A DNA stretch of 64,000 bases from Dehalococcoidia bacterium (GTDB taxonomy: Bacteria; Chloroflexota; Dehalococcoidia; Lucifugimonadales; VXLM01), in assembly GCA_963662435.1 (NCBI GenBank), contig OY759598.1, positions 1,706,507-1,770,506 on the forward strand, given 5' to 3'. The notes beneath the pieces are model-generated. The model ran no database searches. It saw only the letters and a list, made by a program, of their open reading frames with translations, and had not been told where the DNA came from. Numbering within the stretch: position 1 is the first letter of the stretch; each line of letters begins with the position of its first letter. The position numbers and the translations under genes were made by a program. Positions 38,203 to 47,643 of this stretch are shown piece by piece.

Positions 38203-38502
38203 ATGATCGAAAGCGAACTCCTTACAAAAGTTTTCATCTTTGTGCTTGCGGTATTCGTGGGGTTCGACCTGATAACGAAGGTGCCCCCTACCCTGCACAC
38301 GCCGCTGATGTCGGGGGCGAACGCGATCTCCGGCATTACGATATTGGGGGCGCTTCTGGTGGCGGGGCGCGGTGACTCGACTCTCGCCGTAGTCCTCGGG
38401 TTCCTGGCGGTCGTTCTGGCGACGATCAACGTGGTCGGAGGGTTCGCGGTGACTGACCGGATGCTGCAGATGTTCAGAAGAGGGCCGACGGAGGACCGCT
38501 GA
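38203..38502 (+). CDS. pntA: NAD(P) transhydrogenase alpha subunit, membrane part
   Basis: VPPTLHTPLMSGANAISGI, INVVGGFAVTDRMLQMF. Confidence 0.97.
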   Translation: MIESELLTKVFIFVLAVFVGFDLITKVPPTLHTPLMSGANAISGITILGALLVAGRGDSTLAVVLGFLAVVLATINVVGGFAVTDRMLQMFRRGPTEDR

Positions 38503-39899
38503 TGGACGCTTTCGACTTCCCGATTCTCATCAACGCCTTCTACCTTGTTGCGGCGGTACTCATATTCCTGGGGCTGAAGCGTCTCGGCTCGCCCGCGACG
38601 GCGCGCGAGGGCAACCGCATCGCGGCGCTGGGCATGCTGGTTGCCGTAGTCGTGACGTTGCTCGACCGGGAGATCGTCAGGTTCGAGATCATCGTGGCGG
38701 GAATTGTCGTCGGCGCGGCCATTGGAGGAGTGTTCGCACGGGCGATTCGCATGACGGCGATGCCGCAGCTTGTGGCGCTGTTCAACGGATTCGGCGGGGC
38801 TGGATCGGCTGTTGTGGCAGCGGCGGAGTTCCTGCGGCTGTCGGACAGCGGCGGCGAGATGCACATCGACGTTTCCGTGACGATCATGCTCGGCACGCTC
38901 ATCGGGCTTGTCACCTTCACCGGGAGCCTTGTTGCGTACGGGAAGCTCCAGGAGCTTATCGACGGCAAGCCCATCACGTACCCGCTTCAGAAGACCGTCA
39001 GCGCAGTGGTGTTTCTTGCCATCGTGGGGGTGATCGTGTATCTCGTGGCGGGCGGCGACCCCGTGGCGTACTACGGACTGGTCGCACTGTGCCTGATACT
39101 GGGCCTGCTGCTGGTGATACCGATCGGCGGGGCGGACATGCCGGTGGTTATCTCACTGCTGAACTCGTACTCCGGCATCGCGGCGGCGATGGCAGGATTC
39201 GCCCTTGGCAACGTGATGCTCATCATCGCTGGGGCGCTTGTCGGAGCGGCGGGGCTGATACTCACGCAGATCATGATTAAGGCGATGAACCGCTCGCTGG
39301 CGAACGTGCTGTTCGGGGCGTTTGGTGCAGAGGCGTCGAGTGGTGCGGCGGAGAGCGCGGGGGAGAAGGTCGTCCGGGAGGCGACGGCAGAGGATGCCGC
39401 AGTAGCGATGGCGTATTCCGGGTCAGCAATACTCGTGCCCGGTTATGGACTTGCGGTTGCGCGGGCGCAGCACCAGCTCAAGGAAGTTGGCGAGCTCCTC
39501 GAATCGAGGGGCGTGGACGTGCGATACGCGATCCACCCCGTCGCGGGCAGGATGCCGGGTCACATGAACGTGCTGCTGGCAGAGGCTGACGTGCCCTACG
39601 ACAAGCTCTATGATCTCGACGAGATCAACGACCGGTTCCCCGATACGGACTTTGTGCTGGTGATAGGCGCGAACGACGTGGTCAATCCGGCGGCCCGCGA
39701 CGAGCAGGGCAGCCCGATCTACGGGATGCCGATCCTCGAGGTGGACAAGTCGCGGCAGGTGCTCGTCCTCAAGCGAAGCCTGAATCCCGGATTCGCTGGG
39801 CTGGACAACGAGCTGTTCTACAAAGAGAACACGATGATGCTCTTCGGGGACGCGCAGGACTCGCTGACGCGGGTGATCACGGAGATCAAGGAACTGTAG
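38502..39899 (+). CDS. pntB: NAD(P) transhydrogenase beta subunit
   Basis: MTAMPQLVA, IGGADMPVVISLLNSYSG, HPVAGRMPGHMNVLLAEA. Confidence 0.98.
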   Translation: MDAFDFPILINAFYLVAAVLIFLGLKRLGSPATAREGNRIAALGMLVAVVVTLLDREIVRFEIIVAGIVVGAAIGGVFARAIRMTAMPQLVALFNGFGGAGSAVVAAAEFLRLSDSGGEMHIDVSVTIMLGTLIGLVTFTGSLVAYGKLQELIDGKPITYPLQKTVSAVVFLAIVGVIVYLVAGGDPVAYYGLVALCLILGLLLVIPIGGADMPVVISLLNSYSGIAAAMAGFALGNVMLIIAGALVGAAGLILTQIMIKAMNRSLANVLFGAFGAEASSGAAESAGEKVVREATAEDAAVAMAYSGSAILVPGYGLAVARAQHQLKEVGELLESRGVDVRYAIHPVAGRMPGHMNVLLAEADVPYDKLYDLDEINDRFPDTDFVLVIGANDVVNPAARDEQGSPIYGMPILEVDKSRQVLVLKRSLNPGFAGLDNELFYKENTMMLFGDAQDSLTRVITEIKEL

Positions 39900-39926
39900 G
39901 GCTGCGTGTAGTGTGTGCCTCCGAAG

Positions 39927-40263
39927 CCCGTTCGCCCTTCGACGGGCTCAGGGTGAACAGGTCTCTCGCTTGCCTTAGCTGTGTGTCTCCGCCCGATGTG
40001 GGAGGGAATTAGCCCTCACCCGCGACGGGAGAGGGGTTGTTGTTCACTCACCCTGACTCCCGTGTCCTGTACGGAACTGGCCCTCTCCCGCGATGGGAGA
40101 GGGGAAATCTTGCACTCACCCCGACTACCGTAGCGAGAGCGGGGCGGGCTCTCTCCGACGAAGGGAGAGGGGGTATGGCGCAGAGCTACTGCATTTCACT
40201 CAGAGCCAGCCTCGTGAGGGCCTCCAACCCATCCGTCTGGACTCCGGCCTTCGCCGGAGTGAC
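39927..40263. repeat. Cluster of REP-like palindromes between convergent genes
   Basis: CCCTTCGACGGGCTCAGGGTGAAC (39935), three CCCTCTCCC..GGGAGAGGG-type hairpins and GGACTCCGGCCTTCGCCGGAGTGAC (40239). Confidence 0.88.
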
Positions 40264-40353
40264 GATTGACGGTGTGCTTACTATCCCCAAACCCGGTTGC
40301 CCTGAGATTAGGCGAAAGTCTGTCGGAGGAGTGTCGTAGCTGGTGGATTGGGG

Positions 40354-41172
40354 TCAATCCTGGCGGGAGAAGGACCAGACTCCGGCGATGAGGAAGACGG
40401 AGCCGATTGCGCCTACGAGGATGGCGTCTTCGATGATGGTCATGCGGTGGCCGAAGAGGGTTACTCCAAGGATGAAGCCGTCGGCGGATTCGGCGAGAGG
40501 GTTGACGATTTGAGGGCCGAGGAATATCTGCCGGATGGCGTCGACTCCGTAGGTGAGCGGGTTGATCTTGGCGATTATCTGGAGCCACGTCGGGACTCCG
40601 TCGATGGGGAAGAAGACGCCTGAAAGGAAGATGAGGGGGAAGATCATCAGCTGGACTACGAATTGGAAGCCCTGCTGTGAGCGCATCCGCGTGGCGACGA
40701 GGATGCCGATGCCGGAAAGCGACAGGGAGAGGATGAGGATTATTGGCAGGAGCTTGAGGACGATGAGCGGTGTGAGCGACACACCGATTATGGGAGCTAT
40801 GACGAGCATGACCGTCCCCTGCACCATTGCTGCGAATGAGCCGCCGACTGCCTTGCCGATGACGATGCCGACCCTGCTGAGCGGAGCGACGAGGACCTCC
40901 TTGAGGAAACCGAACTCGCGGTCCCAGACGACGGACATCCCGGCAAATAGGGAGGACATGATGACGGTCATTGCCATAATGCCGGGGTACATGAACTGGA
41001 CGAAGCTGACCTCACCACCCAGATCACCTATGATCCGGCTGAAACCCGCGCCGAAGACGACGAGGAACATCAGGGGAAAGGCAAAGGCCGAGACTAGACG
41101 GGAGCGGTCGGCAATGAAGCGCAGCAGCTCGCGGTAGGCGACGACCCATATGGCGCGATATACCTCAGTCAC
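40354..41172 (-). CDS. ABC-2 type permease (DrrB-like)
   Basis: WDREFGFLKEVLVAPLSR, FLSGVFFP, NPLTYGVDAIR. Confidence 0.92.
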   Translation of the reverse strand: MTEVYRAIWVVAYRELLRFIADRSRLVSAFAFPLMFLVVFGAGFSRIIGDLGGEVSFVQFMYPGIMAMTVIMSSLFAGMSVVWDREFGFLKEVLVAPLSRVGIVIGKAVGGSFAAMVQGTVMLVIAPIIGVSLTPLIVLKLLPIILILSLSLSGIGILVATRMRSQQGFQFVVQLMIFPLIFLSGVFFPIDGVPTWLQIIAKINPLTYGVDAIRQIFLGPQIVNPLAESADGFILGVTLFGHRMTIIEDAILVGAIGSVFLIAGVWSFSRQD

Positions 41173-42167
41173 AGGACATCAACCACCTTTACAGGGTTTC
41201 CAGCGCGCACCGATTCGTAGGAGGCGAGGACGACTGCGAGGTCGTCGAGGGCTTCCTGTCCGTTCATGGTGGGCTCGCGTCCTTCCTGGACTGCTCCAAT
41301 GAAGTCGCGGACCATTCGCTTCATGCCTCGAATCTCGGGCTCGACCGGATGGGAGCGGGTGCCGTCCCTGGTCTCGACGGTGACCTCGCTGCCGAAAACC
41401 TCGTAGCGGATCCGCCCCCTTGTGCCGGTCAGGCGCACATCACGTCTTGAGTCGTGGGGCGTCCAGCCGGCGTATCGAAGGAATCCTGTCACGCCTTCGG
41501 GGAAGGAGGCCGTTAGGGCCATGCTGTCCTCGCCCTCGAGGCCGGGGATCATCTTGTGTTCGGGAGCCAGTGCAAAGACGCTCTCCGGACTGCCGGCGAG
41601 GTTTCGCAGAATGTCTACATAGTGGATGCCGCCGTCGATCATGCGTCCACCGCCGCATCGTTCCAAGCTCAAACGCCACCCGACGCAGCCGTCGTCGAGA
41701 TTTTCGGATTGAATGTCGATGAGGCTCAGGTCGCCGATTGCGCCGTCTGCAATGAGTTCCTTGGTTTTTTCGGTGGCGGGATCGAAGCGGAAATTCTCGC
41801 CTACCATGAGGGTTACGCCCGCTTGACTGGTGACGTCGATGAGTTCACGGGCCTCGGTAATGGTCCGGGCGATGGGTTTTTCCATGAGAACGTGTTTGCC
41901 GTGCCGAGCAGCAAGGCGGGCGTTGTCAAGGTGGAGATCGTGGGGGGTGATGAAGTACAGACCGTCGACGCGGGGATCGGCAGCGGCGTCCTCGTAGGAG
42001 CCATAGTAGGCGGAGCCGCCGTACTGCTCGCAGTACTCCCTGGCCTTTTCGATGTCGCGGCTGGCGAAGGAGTAGTCCACCTCGTCGGTCATATCGGCTA
42101 TGTACTCCATGACCACGTGGGCGTACTTGCCGCAACCGACGATGCATAGGGAGAGTCTCTTGTTCAT
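41169..42167 (-). CDS. Gfo/Idh/MocA family oxidoreductase
   Basis: VGCG, TPHDLH, HVLMEKP, GGG.MIDGGIHYVD. Confidence 0.93.
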   Translation of the reverse strand: MNKRLSLCIVGCGKYAHVVMEYIADMTDEVDYSFASRDIEKAREYCEQYGGSAYYGSYEDAAADPRVDGLYFITPHDLHLDNARLAARHGKHVLMEKPIARTITEARELIDVTSQAGVTLMVGENFRFDPATEKTKELIADGAIGDLSLIDIQSENLDDGCVGWRLSLERCGGGRMIDGGIHYVDILRNLAGSPESVFALAPEHKMIPGLEGEDSMALTASFPEGVTGFLRYAGWTPHDSRRDVRLTGTRGRIRYEVFGSEVTVETRDGTRSHPVEPEIRGMKRMVRDFIGAVQEGREPTMNGQEALDDLAVVLASYESVRAGNPVKVVDVL

Positions 42168-42240
42168 GTGTGATCGACTGCCTCCGGGTGCATACGATAG
42201 CAGACGGGCGGAGAAGATTCACCACAAAAAGGCCTCGCCA

Positions 42241-42349
42241 GGACTTCGCCAGTCGGGCGGACCTCGCCGGTCAGGCGTGTAGAGGGCCTCGCTGGCCGGG
42301 CATAAGGGGACCTCGCCGGTCGGGCGTAAAGGGGCCTCGCTGGTCGGGC
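42241..42349 (+). repeat. Tandem array of 18-bp hairpin cores (5 copies)
   Basis: GGACTTCGCCAGTCGGGC, GGACCTCGCCGGTCAGGC, GGGCCTCGCTGGCCGGGC etc., with short linkers. Confidence 0.9.
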
Positions 42350-42417
42350 ATATAGTGCAGAGGCTGGGTGCTGGATGTGCGTGGGAGAGGGAGGGGGCGA
42401 TATGATGGTGAGTAGCA

Positions 42418-43743
42418 GTGTTGTGGAGGTATGTTCCTATTCGCAGGGTGCGGCGGGTACTCAGGTCGGTGTTTTTCATTCTGCTTCCGGTGGTGTTGGT
42501 GTTCGGGGTGGCTAGGGATACGCTGAACCTGAACCCGGTCCAGCGGGTCGCCCTGCCGTACCGGTACAGCATCAGCGAGTGGGAGGTGCGTAATTTCCCT
42601 GACAAGTGGGCGCACCTGCTGTGGACGAGACTGTTCGGGCGGGAAACGTCGCAGTCGGAACGATTGGACGAACTGGAGCGGTACTTTGACTTGGGTCGCG
42701 ACCTCCTGGGGGCGGACTATGCGTTGGACCGGGCGATGTCCGGTATGAGTGGCGCGGGAGTCGAGGAGCTCCAGGAGGAGGTTGAAAGACTCTCAGACGA
42801 GCGATCGGCGTTGCGGGACAGCGTGGAGGAGACGATTGAGAGCGCGTTGAGCACGGCGATACGGGATGTGGGTCTGAGCGAGTGGGAGAGGTTCGTGTTT
42901 CCGCCGGTCGATATCCGGTTGGCGGGACCGCCGATAGTGCTGTTGACCTCGCCGCGGGACCGCATCGAGCGGCAGCACGAGGTGTTGATTGAGCCGGACG
43001 TCAGCCTCGTGGTGCGGGAGCGACTCGAAGACAGGTTGATGGATGAGGAGGACGTGGCGGCGATCAGCTTCCAGGTGGGAGGGCTTGCGGCGTATCCGGC
43101 ATCGGTGCTGGACACGATTCCATTGGAGCACACGTTTCGGGCGGGGGCGCACGAGTGGATGCACCACTACATGGCGTTCCGGCCGCTGGGACAGAAGATG
43201 TTCACGTCCGGCGAGATGGTGACGCTGAATGAGACGCTGGCGGACATAGTAGGGCGGGAGATCGGTGACGCGGCGAGGGAGTTGGTATTTACTGAGGAGG
43301 AGTCCCCCTCTCTGCATCTCACCCCCGCCGGGGGAGAGATTGAAAATGATTCAGCGACCCCGCAACCCGCGCCTGAGAGTGGTCTTCACGGCAGGGACGA
43401 GCATTTCGGATATCGCGAGGAGATGCGTGAGACGCGGTTAAGGGTGGACGAGCTGCTGGCGGAGGGCAAGGTGAACGAGGCTGAGGAGTACATGGAGGAG
43501 CGTCGCCTGAAGTTCGTGGAGAACGGGTTTCCGATAAGGCGACTGAACCAGGCGTACTTTGCGTTCCACGGGACGTATGCCGAAAATGCCGCGTCGTCGA
43601 GCCCTATCGCGGGGCAGTTGCACAGGTTTCGAGAGCTGATGCCGGACCTAAAGACATTCGTTTCTGAGATGGGGGGAATATCGAGTTACGCGCAGTTCCT
43701 GGAGCGGTTGGAGGAGTTGGAGGGGAAAGAGAGTAGAGGATAG
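42418..43743 (+). CDS. Membrane-anchored protein with HExxH motif (putative zinc metallopeptidase)
   Basis: N-terminal TM helix; AHEWMHHY followed by LNETLA; IRRLNQAYFAFHG. Confidence 0.7.
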   Translation: MLWRYVPIRRVRRVLRSVFFILLPVVLVFGVARDTLNLNPVQRVALPYRYSISEWEVRNFPDKWAHLLWTRLFGRETSQSERLDELERYFDLGRDLLGADYALDRAMSGMSGAGVEELQEEVERLSDERSALRDSVEETIESALSTAIRDVGLSEWERFVFPPVDIRLAGPPIVLLTSPRDRIERQHEVLIEPDVSLVVRERLEDRLMDEEDVAAISFQVGGLAAYPASVLDTIPLEHTFRAGAHEWMHHYMAFRPLGQKMFTSGEMVTLNETLADIVGREIGDAARELVFTEEESPSLHLTPAGGEIENDSATPQPAPESGLHGRDEHFGYREEMRETRLRVDELLAEGKVNEAEEYMEERRLKFVENGFPIRRLNQAYFAFHGTYAENAASSSPIAGQLHRFRELMPDLKTFVSEMGGISSYAQFLERLEELEGKESRG

Positions 43744-43899
43744 GGACACAAGGTAGAGGATTCGTAGGGTGACCGGATCTGCTACTTGGAGTGTCGTGCG
43801 GTGGCATATAGGGCAGCTTTTGATGAAGGGGTTGGAAGATTGGGAGCGTGAGTGTGGTACTATGAATTCAACACTTGTGTCGGACGCAATCGGGACCGG

Positions 43900-44976
43900 A
43901 TGTATAGGCAAGACGAGCCGGAATTAAACTTCGAGCAGATCAGCTCACGGATCAAGGGCGTATTTGGCCGGTTCGGCTTAGGGGGCGGAGGCGGCGGTCT
44001 TGTATACGGCATACTCGCAATCATCTTGCTCGGGGCCATCGGATGGCTGGGCACGGGGTTCTATACGGTCGAGCCCGCCGAGGTTGCGGCGCTCCGCCGT
44101 TTCGGCATCTTCGAAGACACGGCAGGACCGGGCCTTCACTGGTGGTGGCCGAATCCAATAGGCAATCGCGCCATCGTCGACGTCCGGCAGCGCCGCCGAC
44201 TTGAAATCGGCATCCGTGGCGACACCCCCTTCCTCGAAGAGTCCCTGATGATCACGGGCGACGAGAACATCGTCGACGTGCAGCTTCTCGTGCAGTTCGA
44301 GATCAAGGACATTGAGAAATTCCTGTTCCGCACGGTGGACCCGGCCGGCAAGACGATAAAGGACGCCTCCGAATCAGCATTAAGGCAGGTCGTTGGCAGC
44401 CGTGACATCGACGACGTGCTGACGACCGAAAAGGAGGCCGTACAGGCCGAAACGAAGGACCTGCTGCAGCAGCTTCTCGACACGTATGAAGCGGGTATCC
44501 GCGTGGCTGAGTTGAAGCTGTTGAACGTGAACCCGCCAGCCGAGGTGCAGGACGCTTTCGACGACGTGGTGCGAGCCCGAGAGGACAAAGAGCGCATCAT
44601 CAACCTGGCGGACGCCTATGGAGAGGACATTCTTCCGAGGGCCAGGGGTGACGCGGAGCGACTCCTGCAGGAAGCACAGGCCTTCAAGGCGCAGCGGGTC
44701 AACGAGGCGACGGGTCTGGCCGAACGGTTCACGTCCATCCTGAACGCATATGAAGAGGCCCCTGACGTAACGGCGCAACGGCTGTACCTCGAGAGCATGG
44801 AAGACATCCTGCCCGCTGTAGAGATATTCATCGTGGACGGCGAAGTGGGCGGTGGCCTGTTGCAGCTGCTGAACCTGAATGAAGTGGACCAGGCTCCGTT
44901 CGCCGCACCACAGGCGCCGGCGCAGCCCGTGGGTCCCCTACCGACTATCCAACAGACGGACACGACTTCGCAATGA
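43900..44976 (+). CDS. hflK: FtsH protease modulator HflK
   Basis: GFYTV, MITGDENIVDV, PAEVQDAFDDV, LPRARG, APDVT.QRLYLE. Confidence 0.95.
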   Translation: MYRQDEPELNFEQISSRIKGVFGRFGLGGGGGGLVYGILAIILLGAIGWLGTGFYTVEPAEVAALRRFGIFEDTAGPGLHWWWPNPIGNRAIVDVRQRRRLEIGIRGDTPFLEESLMITGDENIVDVQLLVQFEIKDIEKFLFRTVDPAGKTIKDASESALRQVVGSRDIDDVLTTEKEAVQAETKDLLQQLLDTYEAGIRVAELKLLNVNPPAEVQDAFDDVVRAREDKERIINLADAYGEDILPRARGDAERLLQEAQAFKAQRVNEATGLAERFTSILNAYEEAPDVTAQRLYLESMEDILPAVEIFIVDGEVGGGLLQLLNLNEVDQAPFAAPQAPAQPVGPLPTIQQTDTTSQ

Positions 44977-45839
44977 GATTCCTCGCTACGCTTCTCATAA
45001 CGCTGCTGGTGCTGTCGGCAATAATATTGCCGCAGGTGCTGGTCGTGGTTGACGAGACGGAGCTTGCGATCATCACGAGGCTGGGTGACCCGCAGCGATC
45101 GATCAGGTCCCCGGGTCTGTACGTTAAGGCGCCGCTGATAGATAGCGTGACGAAATTCGAGAAACGGCTCCTCATCTTCGACGCGCCGGCCGAGTCGCTT
45201 CTGACCTCCGACAAGAAGCGGTTGATCATCGACGTGTACGCGAGGGGCAGGGTCACCGACCCGCTGCTGTTCTTCCAGACTGTGCGCAACGTCACTCAGG
45301 CACGGTCGCGGGTTATCGACATCGTTGCGTCGGAATTGCGCCGCGAGATCGCCAGCGACGAGCAGCTTGAGATCATCAAGACCAAGCGCGAGCAGATCGA
45401 GAACGACGTGCGCGACGCGGTCCGGCCGCTCATCAACGAGCTTGGGATCGACGTGGTGGACGTGAGGATCAAGCGTGCGGACTTCCCGCAGGCCATCGCG
45501 GGCAGCGTCTATGAGCGCATGAAGGCTGAACGCCAGCGCATTGCAGACCGAGAACGTGCAGAGGGTGCGGAAGCCGACCTGCAAAAGCGAGCGGAGGTCG
45601 ACCGTGAGGCCGTCGAGATTCGGTCGACGGCGCGGAAGGAAGCTGACATCATAAAGGGTGAGGCTGAGGCTCAATCCATCGCGATTTACGCCGAAGCGCT
45701 GGAGCAAGACCCGGAATTCTACACCTTCCTTCGGTCGTTGGACGCCTACGCCGAGTTCCTTGGTGGGAACACAACCGTCGTGCTGCCGGCGGACTCGGAT
45801 ATCTTCAAGTTCCTTCAGTCGCCGATCACCGCTCGGTGA
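44973..45839 (+). CDS. hflC: FtsH protease modulator HflC
   Basis: LTSDKKRLIID, GIDVVDVRIKRAD, RMKAER, DPEFY.FLRSL.AY. Confidence 0.96.
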   Translation: MRFLATLLITLLVLSAIILPQVLVVVDETELAIITRLGDPQRSIRSPGLYVKAPLIDSVTKFEKRLLIFDAPAESLLTSDKKRLIIDVYARGRVTDPLLFFQTVRNVTQARSRVIDIVASELRREIASDEQLEIIKTKREQIENDVRDAVRPLINELGIDVVDVRIKRADFPQAIAGSVYERMKAERQRIADRERAEGAEADLQKRAEVDREAVEIRSTARKEADIIKGEAEAQSIAIYAEALEQDPEFYTFLRSLDAYAEFLGGNTTVVLPADSDIFKFLQSPITAR

Positions 45840-45939
45840 GAGTCGGGGGCGAGAGTCCCGGCTCAGCATTACCTCTTTGTGCTGATAAAGCACGCCAACT
45901 GCCCTACCCTTTCGCGTCTTCCAGTTTCCGTGTGACGTC

Positions 45940-46617
45940 TTGAAGCTTGTCGCGTTCGACCTGGACGGGACGCTGTTGCGGGGAGAATCCGTGTGGGAAG
46001 CTATCGGGCGAGTCATCGGCTGTCCGGAGCGGGTGCGGGAGTTTGAGCAGTTGGACTTCACCCGGAAGGAGGCCATAGCTGCCGCCAGGGAGGAGTTCAC
46101 GGAGTGGTTTCGGGCATTTCCGATCGATGAGCTCCGTGAGCATGTCGTGTCAATGCGGGCTGCTCCCGGAGTGGATGAGGGATTCGCGCTGCTCCATGAA
46201 CACGGGTTCCAGATTGCACTTGTATCGCTCACGTGGGAATTCGCGGTGGAGTGGTGCGTGGAGAGGTTCGAGGCGGACTATGGCGTTGGCACCGGGCTCA
46301 CGCGAGACGGGGGGATAGCTCACTTCTGGCCTGAGGACAAGGCGACATGGGTCGCAGGGCTGGCGCGTGAGCTTGGCGTAGAGATGAGAGACGTTGCGGC
46401 AGTGGGCGATTCGAATGGGGATGTGCCGATGCTCCTGGCGGTGGGCCATCCGTACTGTGTTGGGGCGACCGTTCCAGCTGAGCTGGAGGGGATGGTCAGT
46501 CATGAGCCGGACGGGGATATAGGCGTGGTGGCTGAGAGGATCGTGCGGGCGGACCTCGCCGGTCGGGCATGTAGAGGACTTCGCCAGTCAGGCAGACCTC
46601 GCCGGTCAGGCATGTAG
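45940..46617 (+). CDS. HAD-family hydrolase (phosphoserine-phosphatase-like); C-terminus encoded by the repeat array
   Basis: FDLDGTL and VGDSNGDVPML; the last ~22 codons come from the hairpin repeats. Confidence 0.88.
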   Translation: MKLVAFDLDGTLLRGESVWEAIGRVIGCPERVREFEQLDFTRKEAIAAAREEFTEWFRAFPIDELREHVVSMRAAPGVDEGFALLHEHGFQIALVSLTWEFAVEWCVERFEADYGVGTGLTRDGGIAHFWPEDKATWVAGLARELGVEMRDVAAVGDSNGDVPMLLAVGHPYCVGATVPAELEGMVSHEPDGDIGVVAERIVRADLAGRACRGLRQSGRPRRSGM

Positions 46618-46808
46618 GGGAAATCGCCAGTCGGGCAGACCTCGCCGGTCGGGCATGTAGAGGACTTCGCCAGTCGGGCAGACCTCGCCGGTCGGGCAGA
46701 CTTCGCCAGTCGGGCATGTAGGGGACTTCGTCAGTCGGGCGGACCTCGCCGGTCGGGCATGTAGGGGACTTCGCCAGTCGGGCAGACTTCGCCAGTCGGG
46801 CATGTAGA
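46551..46808 (+). repeat. Tandem array of 12 18-bp hairpin cores with ATGTAG(A/G) linkers
   Basis: Cores at 46551, 46576, 46594, 46619, 46637, 46662, 46680, 46698, 46723, 46741, 46766 and 46784. Confidence 0.95.
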
Positions 46809-46905
46809 GCGGGGGCTGGATTCCAGCCTGCGCGGGAATGGCGGGTGGGTGCTGCCGCGGAGGACGGCCCTTCGGCAAGCTCAGGACGAATGGATGCAAG
46901 GTCCC

Positions 46906-47643
46906 CTACCCGTCTGTGACGATGACTCCGTAGGTGTCGTGGAGGATGCCGGCGGCCTGGGATGGGGTGATGACGGCGCCGGTGGCGCGTGCGATGTCGA
47001 GGCGGAGGTTGGAGAGGCGCGCGCCTCGAAGGTCTGCGCCGGCGAAGGAGGTCTCCGGGCTGACGGTGACGTTTTCGATGCGGCAGTCCTCGAAGACCGA
47101 CTCGGCGAAGTCGCAGCCGGAGAGGTCGGCCTCAGTGAAGTCCACGCCAACAATGCGCTGTTTACGGAAGTTCTTGTGGGCTAGAGTCGCCATCACGAAT
47201 CCGGCGCGGTCGATGGTTACTCCGTCGAGGTTGGTCGATCCGAAGGTGACGGCGCGGAAGCGGGAGCCGGTGAGATCGGCGCCGAAGAGGCTTGCCCCAT
47301 CGAAGCTGCTGAGCGAGAAGTCGCAGTCGTTGAGGCGCGAGAGGTTCAGCTTGGCGTTTTGAAATTTGGCAGAGGCGCAGTTGGAGACGGTGACGTGGGA
47401 CTCCTTGATGTCTGCGCGGTAGAAGTTGGCGCTCTGAAGGTCGGAGCGTGAAATCCGGAGCTCGGCGCAGGTCAGGTGCGAGAAGTCGGCGTCTTGGAGC
47501 GAGCAGCCGGTCAGTTCGAGGGCATCGACGAAAAAGTCGGTGAATGATCCTCCGTCGAAGGTGCAGTCGATGAAGGAAGAGTCCCGGCGGAGAAGGTCGG
47601 CCAGGTGATCGGCATCGGTGACGGCGATCCCCTTGTGAGGCAT
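46906..47643 (-). CDS. Pentapeptide repeat protein
   Basis: Continuous A(D/N)(F/L)xx repeats (ADFSH, ANFYR, ADLTG, ADLSG, ADLRG). Confidence 0.93.
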   Translation of the reverse strand: MPHKGIAVTDADHLADLLRRDSSFIDCTFDGGSFTDFFVDALELTGCSLQDADFSHLTCAELRISRSDLQSANFYRADIKESHVTVSNCASAKFQNAKLNLSRLNDCDFSLSSFDGASLFGADLTGSRFRAVTFGSTNLDGVTIDRAGFVMATLAHKNFRKQRIVGVDFTEADLSGCDFAESVFEDCRIENVTVSPETSFAGADLRGARLSNLRLDIARATGAVITPSQAAGILHDTYGVIVTDG

